Of a stretch of 64,000 nucleotides of DNA, positions 1-11,525 are shown in pieces. A model generated the notes under the pieces. The model was not told the origin of the DNA. It worked only from the letters and a program-made list of their open reading frames with translations, and ran no database searches. The position numbers and the translations under genes are program-made. Source of the DNA: Vicugna vicugna (lineage: Eukaryota); NCBI GenBank assembly GCA_013265495.1, contig MU057880.1, positions 2,200,527 through 2,264,526 of the forward strand, given 5' to 3'. How positions within the stretch are numbered: the stretch's first letter is position 1; every line of letters begins with the position of its first letter.

Positions 1-493
1 CCTCATGGTTCTCAGGGAAGGGTTTTTTTAAGGCCACCTCTGGGGTGAAGCTGCAGGGTGTGTCTTTCCTCTGATTGGTTGGTGGTGAGGAAGCAGGGTG
101 GTGTTTCGGAAATCTTTAATAATCAACTTTCTGGTTCTAACCAGCCTGGGGTCCACCTGCTTGAGGTCAGCAAGTAGTCACCCTCGTCCACATGGACGGG
201 GGTCTTAGTTTCTGCAGAACAAGGTGAAGATATGTGTCAGATTGTTACGTGTATCCCTTGAGGAGGAACCAGGACTCTGTTTTATCTCTGAACTGTTTTT
301 GTTACTTTTCTGGCTTAATTGTTTTTCCTGTGTTTCTGCGTTCCCTCCCTTCCCTTATTAGTCACTGCATGAGTCTGCTCTTTGGGACTCAGGCAAGACC
401 TAGGAGACCGAAGCCTTTTTCTGCAAACAAGAAACAGGGGCTTCAGAGGGCCTTTTGTACCTGGGAGGGCTCCCTGGGGTCCTGCTGGTTTCA
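1..493 (-). mobile_element. ERV1-class LTR, partial (runs off window start)
   Basis: Minus strand begins TGAAACCAGCAGGACCCCAGGG (LTR 5' TG). It carries CCAAT boxes (ctgattggttgg) and a TATA-like ccttaaaaaaaacc near positions 20-35. Resembles artiodactyl ERV1 LTRs from memory. Confidence 0.7.
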
Positions 494-1049
494 TGACCAG
501 CAAAGACTTATCCAGAATGGTCCATGAAGCACGCGGGAAGTTACAGTGGCCGGCACTCAGGTCAGTATCAGGGAAGCATTTTTCCAGAGCTTCTCCGAGG
601 TGATGGGGCTGCATCCCCGCTGACGTGTGGATACTGCTGATGCTCTGGAGGGTGAACCAGATCCGAATCTTTCCCTGCCCATTGGTCCCCATTACCCTCG
701 GGTAGAAGTGAGTACAGCATTTAAGCGTTGTCGGTTCAGGAGGTTCCTGGGGAAGAGAGTTTGAGTCTCTCTGGACAGTGAGACCACCAGGCACAGATGT
801 TTCAGCAGAGACTCAGTCGCTGAGAAGGTGGTCAGACGAGGTGACCATGTTCCCTGTAGCCTTGTGATGGGGCTTTAAATCAAATATGGATGCTTCCATA
901 TCTTGGCAATTATAAATAGTGTTGCTGTTAATAGCAGGTTGTATGTACCTTTTGGAGTTAATTCTTATTTTGCAGTTGGCTTTATTCCTTTGATAACTAT
1001 GTAAGTTGAAAAAGCTAAAGCTCTAAACGTTCTTAGAAACAATGGACAG

Positions 1050-1597
1050 TACATATATGTAAATTTAAAAATATAGGTGCCATTAAAAAAAAAAGAAATG
1101 AAGACATGGAAGGACTTAAAAGACATATTACTAAATGAAAGAAGCCAGTCTGAAAAGGCTACAAACTGTACGATTCCAACTAAATGACATTCTGGAAAAG
1201 GCACAGCTACAGGAACAATAAAAAGATCGTGTTGTCCAGGGGTCTGGGTGGGGGAGGGAGGAATGAATAGATGGAGCACAGGGGATTTTTAAGGTGATGA
1301 ATTATTCTGTATGATACTATAGTGGTGGCTACATGTCATTATGCATTTGTCAAAGCCCATAGAATGTACAACATCAAGAGTGAGCCCTAATGTAAACGAT
1401 GGACTTTGGTTGATAATAATGTGCCCATGTTGCTTCATCGATTGTACCAAATGTGCCACACTGATGAGGGATGTTGAGGGTAGGGGAGTGTATATGTGTG
1501 GGTGGGGAGGGCTATGTGTGAACTCTGTATTTTCTGCTCAATTCTGTTGTGAACCTGAAACTGCTCTAAAAGAATGGAAGTCTATTAAAAAAAAAGT
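1050..1597 (+). mobile_element. Old L1 (L1MC/L1MB-type) 3' UTR
   Basis: Diagnostic motifs gaaagaagccagtctgaaaaggctaca, cccatagaatgtacaac...ccctaatgtaaacgatggactttgg and gaacctgaaactgctctaaaa, followed by an A-rich tail. Confidence 0.85.
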
Positions 1598-1732
1598 CAA
1601 ACACGGTCTCCTGGGGAAAGCCATAATCTGAGATCCCTATGTTGTCTCTTTAACACAAGCAACTAACCTGAAATCTCAGGTTTCCTGAGTTTTACATGGA
1701 AGCTGTTTACTGTATTCATAGTCATGTCTATG

Positions 1733-1797
1733 TCACACACACACGCGTGCGCACCCACACGTGCACACACCTGCACGCACACCCCGCACACCCCCAC
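1733..1797. repeat. Degenerate (CA/CG)n alternating purine-pyrimidine tract
   Basis: cacacacacacgcgtgcgcacccacacgtgcacacac... Confidence 0.7.
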
Positions 1798-2400
1798 TAG
1801 GCATCATGTGGTGCCGTGTCTTTAATTATCGTGACCAGTGTTTTCCCTCAGTTTTACACCATGGTAGTGTGTGCACTTGCTGTTTCTCCAAAGTTCTGGA
1901 ACTCTAACCTTCTAGAAGCGTCAGTGGACAGGCCGTCCTAGGGACACAAGGACCCTCTGCTTCCTTCTGCAGTGTTCGCACAGCTGGGACGTGACCGGGA
2001 AAGCAGTGCCTCTTTCCGGGGAGTGTGTCTCCCCTCCTCCTGCTCGATCGTAAAGGTGTATTTTCCAGGATTTCCAGACCTGTCACCTGTGGGATGGTCG
2101 TGATCTTATGCTTTGTGGGTATTTTCCCCATGAGACAAGACGAGCTAGAAAAATAAAGGGCATTGGGTGAGGGGTGAGGGCACAGGCTGTCTGAATCCTG
2201 CTTGCCGTGGGCCCCGGACCCTCCTGTGCTGGCCAGCCTCCAGGCGCGTGAGCACAAGGGAATGGCATGCATTTACGCTCGGGGAAGGCAGACCCTGAGC
2301 GCTGTCCGCCGAGGGCGTGCAGGCCCTTTTATGGTCAACAGGGGCTTCCCTCTGGCCTGTCGGCAGATGGCAAGGCTCAGTGCTCCAGGGTATGTTAGTC

Positions 2401-2540
2401 TTTCTTTTCTTTTCTTTTTTTTTAGGTGGGGGAGGTAATTAGGTTTATTTATTTATTCTTTGGAGGAGGTACTGGGGATTGAACCCAGGACCTCATGTAC
2501 ACTAAGCACGCGCTCTCCCACTTAAGCTGTGCCCTCCCCG
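2401..2540 (-). mobile_element. vic-1-like tRNA-derived SINE
   Basis: Minus strand reads ggggagggcacagcttaagtgggagag...gaggtcctgggttcaatccccagtacctcc...aaataaacctaattacctcccc with an A-rich tail. Pol III A and B boxes present. Confidence 0.9.
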
Positions 2541-3462
2541 CCGCCCCCAAGTGTATTTTAAATGATACCATCCATGAGAGTGGTTTCCCAAGCTGGCTTC
2601 CTTTTGTGAAATCTTAGAAACGGTTTTGCGGTGTTTCCCTTTATTCAGTGAAAGTTCGTCTGGGAACTCGTGAAGGCTTTTATGCAGAAAGACAGAGTTT
2701 TTATCTTGTTTTTGTCAATGTCTCCTCTAATCCTGTTCAATTTTCAGTTTTATCAGTAGGCAGGACCTTACTATTTTGGTCATGTTTTGTTATGTTCAGA
2801 ATCGCTTGTGCTCCTTCCAGGAATATACGGTATCTTATTCTGGGGCTTAAGTAACTTCCACATTTGTCTTTGAGGAAGAGTCTCGGGGAATTCTATACCC
2901 CAGGAAAGTATTAGCCAGCCTGAAAGGTCCGTGGGTGAGTCATTTTAGGAAACATTTCTGAGCAAATGCTTAATTGGTGTTTTTCTTTTGATTTGACCTT
3001 ATTTTTAATAGCAGATATTATTAACATTGATCATAGTAACATTATTTGAAAAGTGATGCCTTCTAGAAACTGAAGGACCTAACAAGAAACCACACTTGTC
3101 CCCTCAGCACAGTTTTGCTATGAAAGATGCCTGCATGCCCAGCTTTAAATCCAAGATTTTCTCTAAAATCACAGCATCGAGTCTGCAGAGAGGTGATGAC
3201 TTTTCATGGCTGTGGCCGCCTCGTCCTGTCCGGTTTCTTCTCTGTAAGGAAACACTTCACCTGCGTGGAGAACATTTTAAATAGCATGACTTATAAACTG
3301 TGTCTGTTGATCACTGCATCTGTGTGGCGTCCCTGCTAGTTCCTGACTCAGTCCTGACCACCAACCATATGCAGGACCAGTGGTCCAGCCCTCTTGATCT
3401 TCAGAGGCTTTTATCCTGGTGAAGACTATTGATGATGCCAAAGATCTTTTGTTTCTATAGAT

Positions 3463-3772
3463 TAAACAGACTCACAGACATAGAAAACAAACTTATGGTT
3501 ACTAGTGGAGGGGGTGGGTGGAGAGGGTGGGAAAGGATAAATTGGAAGTTCGAGATTTGCAAATACTAACTAATATACATAGAACAGATAAACAACAAGT
3601 TTATACTGTACAGCACTGGGAACTATATTCAGTATCTTGTGGTGACTTACAGTGATAAAGAATATGAAAATGAATACATATATGTTCACATATGACTGAA
3701 ACATTATGCCATGCACCAGAAATTGACACAACATGTAAACTGACTATACTTCAATAAAAATATATTAAAAAA
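3463..3772 (+). mobile_element. L1 3' end (cetartiodactyl/camelid type), 5'-truncated
   Basis: aaacagactcacagacatagaaaacaaacttatggttac...gggaactatattcagtatcttg...actgactatacttcaataaaaa. Confidence 0.9.
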
Positions 3773-3869
3773 TCAATCGATATATATTTTAGCTTTTCTT
3801 ATTTAATTTTTTTAATTTTTATTTTTGTGTTGAATTACAGTCAGTTCACAATGCTGTGTCAAACTACTG

Positions 3870-4195
3870 ATGTTTACCATGTTAGAAATTAAACTGAGGA
3901 TGCTTAAACACACTTCTTTAGAAATAGCTGTGATAAATATTACTATGATTTATGAAAACATAATTACAGTTTTCCAAAGCAGACACAGTGGTGTGTTTTG
4001 TAGTGTCTGGACATCGCTCTTGTGTCTGGCTTGCTGGAAGGCAGCTGAATTCTCCTGTCTGGCTCTGCGCTCGGTCTGCTGTGATGCTGTGCATTGGGGA
4101 ACCCTGAGACGACACCACTGCACATTTGTGGGAAAAGAACATTGACCTCAGACACCCCCAAATGCTCCCGGAGAGCACTTTGAGAACCCCTGTGC
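3870..4195 (+). mobile_element. hAT-Charlie (Charlie1-like) DNA transposon relic
   Basis: gtctggcttgctggaaggcagctgaattctc...cactttgagaacccctg resembles the Charlie1 3' terminus. Confidence 0.55.
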
Positions 4196-4554
4196 CAGCT
4201 GTGAGTGGCACAAAGAGCCACTAGTCCCGGCTTTGATGGACCTGAGTGGGGTGGATCCTCATAGTTCGTGCCGTTTTCCTTCTTAATTAATACTCGTAAC
4301 TCTCCCGCTTCTGTAAAGTCTACGAAAAGACTCCTTGTTTTTGATTCTCACTCCCTGGTTTATTTTTCTGGTTCGCATTATTAAACATTGAGTGAGTGGA
4401 TAAAATGAACTGTTGATGGTGTTGAATATAAATTTTCTAATTCTATATTGAGGCCATTTATTCTACAAGTCTGGACACGACTCCAGTAGCTTAGAGAACC
4501 CCTCTGGGTGAAGTGCTAGACTCTGAACTTTTTCAGGATACTTGGGACTGTATA

Positions 4555-4772
4555 CAGCTGACCCTTGAACATCCCAGGTTTGAATTGCACGGGTCCACTT
4601 ATACGCGGATTTTTTTGCATAGTAAATATACGGTACTGCACAATGCAAGGTTGGCTGAATCTTAGGCTGCAGGAGAACCGCGGGTTGAGAGGGCTGACTG
4701 TAACTTATATGTGGGTTTTCCGCTTCGCAGAGGGTTGGCGCCCCAGCCCCCACATTGTTCAAGATTCAACTG
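4555..4772 (+). mobile_element. TcMar-Tigger non-autonomous element (Tigger2/MER28-like MITE)
   Basis: Terminal inverted repeats cagctgacccttgaaca / tgttcaagattcaactg, flanked by TA dinucleotides at 4553-4554 and 4773-4774. Confidence 0.9.
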
Positions 4773-5407
4773 TACTAAAACACTTAGGGAAAAAAATGCT
4801 GCTTTCAAATTTGAAGATAATTGATTTTATGTAACAATAAGATGGCTTCCTTCGTCGTTCCTCGACTACAAGTCAGCAGTTTCATTCTTTAAATGCGTAT
4901 TTCTGGTAATTCACCTAGTTCAGCGGGATAACAGGCTTTTGTGTATGAAGAGTCTGTCTGAATGATTATTAATTGTTTCAGGTCTTACAAAGAAATGAGA
5001 AAGTCAGTTCTTTTTAATTTTTTATTTCTTTTGGCACGGAGAAAAGCAGAGTTGCACAGCGACTGCAGTAACTTCCCAGTTCCCCAGACTTTCCCAGTAA
5101 GACGGCATCGTCTGTCGGGAACCCTTGTAGGTTCAGCTCCATCTTCACTCTGCGTCCTTCACCATGAAGCTGGTATCAGGGTGGACAGTGTTGTGGCCCA
5201 CGGGCAACACCTGCCAAGTAGCTTGAAGACGGAGGTTCAAAGTTAGGACTCACAGTTACTACATATCAAGTGCTTAGAATCAGTGTTTCTTAGATGAATA
5301 TGTTAATTTTATTTCTTCTGCAGACACACCTATGTCATCATGTTTTCATAAGCTATTTTATTTAAGCAAATCACTCTTTAATTATGCTGTGATAAGACAT
5401 TTTCTTT

Positions 5408-5926
5408 TAACATTTTTTATTGATTTATAATCATTTTACAATGTTGTGTCAAATTCCAGTGTGGAGCACAATTTTTCAGTCATACATGAACATATATATA
5501 TTCATTGTTACATTTTTTTCTCTGTGAGCTATCATAAGATCTTGTATATATTTCCCTGTGCTATACAGTATAATCTTGTCTATCTATTCTATAGTTTTGA
5601 AATCCCAGTCTATCTCTTCCCTCCCCCACCCCCTTGGCAACCACAAGTTTGTATTCTATGTCTGTGAATCTATTTCTGTTTTGTATTTATGCTTTGTTTG
5701 TTTGTTTTTGTTTTTGTTTTTTAGATTCCACATATGAGTGATCTCATATGGTATTTTTCTTTCTCTTTCTGGCTTACTTCACTTAGAATGACATTCTCCA
5801 GGAGCATCCATGTTGCTGCAAATGGCGTTATGTTGTCGGTGCTTATGGCTGAGTAGTATTCCATTGTATAAATATAGTACATCTTCTTTATCCAGTCATC
5901 TGTTGATGGACATTTAGGCTATTTCC
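5408..5926 (-). mobile_element. Young 5'-truncated L1 with long TSD
   Basis: L1 3' UTR on the minus strand, flanked by the identical 24-bp repeat atgctgtgataagacattttcttt (5384-5407 and 5927-5950). Confidence 0.92.
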
Positions 5927-7969
5927 ATGCTGTGATAAGACATTTTCTTTGTCTACACTCTTTGGCTCATAATACAGTTCTGAAGTGAACTCCTCTTTGC
6001 CATTTGAATGAAAAATGCGTTTTCCTAACTGTGAGATTCGCATAGACTCATCAAGGTTCAAGCCTTCTTTTATGAGCCTCCTTTTTTTAGGTTATGAGAG
6101 GAAAATTCAGCCCATGATAGGATTTTCCTTCATGTTGAGTTGAACAAGCTTGTTGCTTCTTGTTTCTGTAGCTGACTCACTGAGTTATTTTTCTAGTGAA
6201 TTCACTTTGTTCACGATATCATAATTACAAGTTTACACCCATGTCATATAATATAATTTAAGAAAATATTTGGAACCAGAAAAAGAAATAACTCTAGAGT
6301 GGTGGTGTAGTAACTACAGTAGAGCTTGGACTGTGGTGCGTGGCCTGGCACACCACTGAGCTTAAAGAATAATGATATATAAATTAAATGCCAAAGATTC
6401 TTTAATTAATAAATAAATCACGCCTAGACTTTATTTATCCAAAGGCTGAGTGAGGGAGAGACCATCGTACAGTTTGGGTAGATTTGTGCGCAGTACTAAA
6501 TCACAAATCCCAGACCCTAAGGCAGTTTATTCTGTATTGGTTTTGACATCTGCTTAAATGAAATATAATATTTGATAGTAATACAATCTTTATCCCAAAT
6601 CAAATTTGATTTAAAAACTTTAAATTCCTGTAATATTTTCCTAAATACTGAAAAATATCATTAGATAAACTGCTTACATTATTAATAGTTGATTTATACA
6701 AGAAAGCTTTAACTATGCAGACTATTGATAATTTCCAGATTTTTAAATAAAAATGTCTAAAATTTGCTTACCAATTTTAATATTCCTTGCACAGCTTTTA
6801 TAATTTTTCTACATATGATGTTGACACATTTCAAGTTCCTTTTTTACTAAAATGAGATCTCACATAATGTGTTATTTTTAAACCTGCCTCTTCTCACTCT
6901 TCCAAATATCGTCATTGTCTTTCACTGTAAGTACTTGCTTGTGTCGTCAGTGATTCTTAAACTCTTCTGGGTTGTAACATACTTGATATTCTAAAGAAGT
7001 CTGTGCAACATCTCTCTGTGCCCCATAAATAGGCATATAGAGGAAAATATTGTATAAAGTTTAGGGGTCTCGGGGCTGTGGATCTCAGATAAGAAGCCTT
7101 GATCACATCACCATTCTGACCAACAGCTTTTTGTTTAACCAGTGCCATAGTGTTGGACTTAAAGATTAATTTTAATTTCACTCTCATAAAACTACTGTAC
7201 AGTGAACACCTTGATGTATACATACGTCTTTAAATATTTTCTTATGTATTTCATTAGAATGACTTCCTAGAAAGTTGAATTATTGGGTCAGATTTTCACT
7301 TTTTTCAGTATGTTTGGTATATATTACCATGTTGCCTTTTAAAAAACTTAAAAATGTCCTTTCAAAGAAACATATAAGAGTACCACTTTCCTTTATTTGG
7401 GATAATTCCTCTAGTCTTTGCCAAGCTGATGTGCAAGTGTAATATATTAGTCTTTTAATTAGTAAACGTGGTATATTAATATTAAGTGTGTTACTAAAGC
7501 TGAGACAAACTGCCAGGTCCTCATTTTCTGACTCTTCCATTTCTTAATTATTAAAGAACTTTATCTAAAGTGACTTTTTCCCCCCACCCAGAATAAAATT
7601 CCTACAGAAAGAAATTTGACTTCCAACCAATCTTAGAGTTTGTGTGGTAGTAGTAAACTCGGAAAATTACTCAGCGACGTCAGACAGTTTAAAAAATACA
7701 CTGCCCACCGTGTTCAGACCCGTGAGCGTGCCTTCCTTATTTTACGCCATCTAAGTACTTGCTTGGCTTCTTCACCCTGGGTTCTATGGTCGGACGTGCA
7801 GAAGAAATAGCTCACATGGGGTTTGTGACAGAAAGGCTGTAGCTCTGTGTCCAGTCCCACAAAGGGTCTGATGCCACTGCTGCCCGTGAAACAGGGATCC
7901 AGGGCTTGGAAGACGAGGCTCCCTTGACCCGTTTCTCCTGCTGTGACCTCCTCTTAGGAAGTGCCCTCC

Positions 7970-8170
7970 GCGACCATGGCTTTAATAACCACCTGTCCAT
8001 CGATAGTTTCCAGATCTGTATTTCAACCACACCTGTCTGTCATGCTCCAGACCCACACAGGCAGTGCCTGCCGGTCATAATTACTTGGATGGTCCCTTAG
8101 AACCTCAGTTCTACATGTTCAAAACTGATCTCACCTCCCCAAGTTGAGACCCCTCATGAATTCCACCGTA
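7970..8170 (+). mobile_element. L2 LINE fragment
   Basis: ccatggctttaataaccacc...cttggatg...catgttcaaaactgatctc is typical of L2. It is interrupted by the MLT1 LTR. Confidence 0.6.
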
Positions 8171-8176
8171 CGGGAA

Positions 8177-8490
8177 GGTCTTAGTCCGTTTGGGCTGCTG
8201 GAACAAAAAGACCATGGACTGGGAGCCTTGAAGATTTGTTTCTCACAGTTCTGGAGGTGGGATGTCCAAGACTTTTTGTCAGGTGAGAGCTGGTTCCATT
8301 TGTTCACACACTCTTCTCCCTGTGACCTCACCGCATGGAAGGTCCCTTTCTGGGGTCACTGATCCCATTGTGAGGGCCCCACCCCCGTGGCCTCATCTAC
8401 CTCAGAAGGTCCTGAGCGCTGATAACATCACAGGGAGGGGCTAGACTTCAACACGGGGATTCCCTGAAGAGACACAAACGTTCAGCCTGA
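8177..8490 (-). mobile_element. ERVL-MaLR LTR (MLT1A-like)
   Basis: gtcttagtccgtttgggctgct...ttctcacagttctggagg...gatcccattgtgagggcc...gacacaaacgttcagcc. Confidence 0.8.
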
Positions 8491-9514
8491 AGCTGGGGAG
8501 TGGTAACATGTGTCACCAAAGTGCTGGAGTCAGAAATCTGAATCCGTGAGTCCCCTGTGAGCTCCCTGTATATAAGTGCTTCCCAAGAGCCGTTGTTTCT
8601 CCTTCCCAGTGCATCTTAAGGATTCCTTGCGGTCCTTCTGCTGCTGCTTGAGTTGAGGGCGAGGTCACAGCATCCCGGGCCCCCGCGGTGCCCTCCCCTG
8701 TCTCCTTCTCCTTGTGTTTATAGGGTCTGACCCTTACAGCCTCCTCCACCCTTCCCTTTGTCTTTCTGGTAAAATCCACATTCCTCAGCATGGTGTTCAC
8801 ACCTTTCAGTCCGGTCTTTCCTCTTCCTCCCTCCGTGGACCTCTTGGTCCCACGTGGGAACCCAACAGCAGAGCTGGAGCTGTCCTTCCTCCTCCCAGCT
8901 CTGCACGCCCCCCACCCTCTTCCTGGAGCACCCACCCCTCTGCCCTGGGACAGCTATCAGTTTAGTCCCAGGTTCTGTGTTCTCCGGTCCAGGAAGCCTC
9001 CCCAGGATCTCTTCCCTGTGTCACCTGCTTCTCTCTGCTTTCATGAATCTCGGGCACCTGTTCACTGAAGTTAAATTTTGGTGTGACACCATCCATTTTC
9101 TTAGTGTGCATGTTTACATTTCTCTTTTCACCAAAGTGGAATATTATGGTCCATCTGCTTTGTCATAGGAGTTTTTGCTAAATAATGGAATACCATGGAC
9201 ATAAAATATGAGTTGACAGCATTAGTTTGTTCGTGATGTGCAGGTCCTTTCATGTTTTGTAATTCCTTCAACCAGTTTTCCACTGAACAATACACACATT
9301 TTGGCCCAGTTTTTTGTGTCTCTGTAGGCAGTGAGGTGATGATTACCCTATGTAGCTACATCTTGTTTTAAAACACTTAGAAAGCAATTTCTCAATTTTA
9401 GTACTGGTGACATGGAACGTTTTTCTTCCTAATTTGTCATCATCTGAGTTTCTCTTTTGGTGAGTGCATCTTCGTGCCCTGGGTCTATGTTTGTGTTGGT
9501 CTGTTTGTTTTTTT

Positions 9515-9730
9515 CTCATTATTTTATTCTTTTTTATGGCTGAGTAGTATTCCATTGTATATGTATACACCACGTCTTCTTTATCCAGTCATCTGTTGAC
9601 AGACATTTGAGTTGTTTCTATGTCTTGGCTACTGTAAATAGTGCAGCTATGAACATTGAGGTGCATGTATCTTTTCAAATTAGAGTTCCCTCCACATATA
9701 TGCCCAGGAGTGGGACTGCTGGATCATGTG
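9515..9730 (-). mobile_element. L1 fragment (ORF2 end / 3' region)
   Basis: tttatggctgagtagtattccattgtatat...atgcccaggagtgggactgctggatca. Confidence 0.85.
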
Positions 9731-9894
9731 GTGTTTTTCTCTCATTATGTGTAAGAATATATTTACAATTAAGTGTGTAATCCGTTGATACATACCTGGT
9801 GAATATGTTTTCCAGTTTATAATTTGCTTTTCAACTTGTGCACAGAAGATAAAAAATAGGTAATCAAAGGGATCGTTCTTTAACTTGCACACTC

Positions 9895-10020
9895 ATGACT
9901 GAGAGAGTGTGAAAGAGGCAAAGTGTGTGTTAATGTTATTACGAAAATAATTTGGATCTCATGGACCCCTGGAAAGGCCCTGGGAGACCCCAAGGGGTGC
10001 CTGAACCACACTCATTGAGC
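9895..10020 (+). mobile_element. hAT-Charlie terminal fragment
   Basis: ttattacgaaaataatttggatctcatggacccctggaaagg...ccccaaggggtgcctgaaccacac. Confidence 0.55.
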
Positions 10021-10944
10021 CCCTAATTTGAGGACAGGGGTCTGGGGGGTTAGGGGACGGGAAGGAAGAGGGAGTCGGGGGAGAAACACCCAGGCTTTTC
10101 CTCCTCCTGCCCCCTGAGCTCGTGCCTGCCGTTCAGCAAACCCAGCAGGGGGTGCAGGGGGTGGGGCTTGTCTGTGGCCTGTGCAGCTCAGGACCTGAGG
10201 ACACGGGCCCAGGCGAGAAGGGGGTGGCCTGGGTGGGGAAAATGGCTGATGCACCGCCTGCCTTTGTTTGCTGGTTGGACCAGAGGATGACCTGAGAAAG
10301 AACAGCACTGGGTGCGGGCCTCTGTGTGGGTCACAGAGAGAAGCCAGAAGCTGCTTGTGTTTGCTTTAAAGACACCGTAAGACACCAGCAAGATGAGTTC
10401 ATCACGTGAGCTCCTCCCTGTCCCTCTAAGAGGAGGCGGTTGAGGGTGGAGGATGTGGGCAGGAGCAGCGGAGCAGGGTGGAAACCGTCCTGGAAGGAAG
10501 GATCCCTCTCCCCTACCTGAGACCCCTAAGCCTCTATCACAACTTACTCTCCAGATGCTGTCCAGGCTCGACGTTTAAATACTCTCCAGGGAATCAGTTC
10601 ACACCCTGGACAAACAGACACAGCTCTTGAAACTCAGCCTATGGAGGCAAAGGGCGTGTGTGGATTTAGGTCACGGACACACCAGGCTGGGGTAGGATGT
10701 CGCCGAGCTAGCAAGGAGCCCAGCGCTTTTTAGCATCAGCTGACAGCAGCCCGAGACCGTGAGCATTTATATTTTAATATTAACCCCCAGTGACGTGATG
10801 TTTATGTATTTTTAAAATTTGGAGAAGAATGGCACAAATTTCGATTGTATTTGAATGTTTTACAGAGCGTGTACTTGACAGTTTAATTTTCTCGAGAGCG
10901 AGGGACTGTGTTCTTTAATTGTGTGTACCTGTGGTTTAACATAA

Positions 10945-11525
10945 GCTCTGGTTATTTGTGGCAGTTACACTGGATCGGTCACTGCAAAAGTTGACCTGGC
11001 AAATACAGAACCATCACACCTGGGGGAGACACAGGATCGGGGCCCGCCAGCCCCCGGTCACCAGTTTTCTCAGCTGATCTCTGGGCAACCTGGTCCTGTG
11101 TGTGTCTCTGTTTAAAGACACCTTATCTGACATGTACTGTGAGTTCAGGACCATTGAACTCAAGGCCGATGGCCGCTTCTGGACCAGGCTTGTCGCACAC
11201 CCGTAGGGGGCATCTCAAGACACTAGCCAGCACTTAAGTATGCTTGGGGCCATTGAAAACAGTGAAGTCACCCCCAAAACACAAAAATGAGGAAGACATG
11301 GCACTCAGTATACTGGTGAAAGGACACTTGGTCACAGGATGGGACTGAAAACAGGAAGGGAGCTTCTCCTGGATGGACACCAGCTGGGACCAGGTACCTT
11401 GGGGGACCCCGTACAACCTGTCCCCGAATGACCACAGAAAAGCTGCATATTGATTTCTGGTTACAAACACGTTTGAGCTGATTGGAACGTTAGCGGTCCT
11501 GGACGCAACGAACAGTGAGTATACT
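10945..11525 (-). mobile_element. TcMar-Tigger relic (MER82-like)
   Basis: ggggccattgaaaacagtgaagtcacc...aaaggacacttggtcacagg...aaagacaccttat matches the reverse of a recalled MER82-like consensus. Confidence 0.65.
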
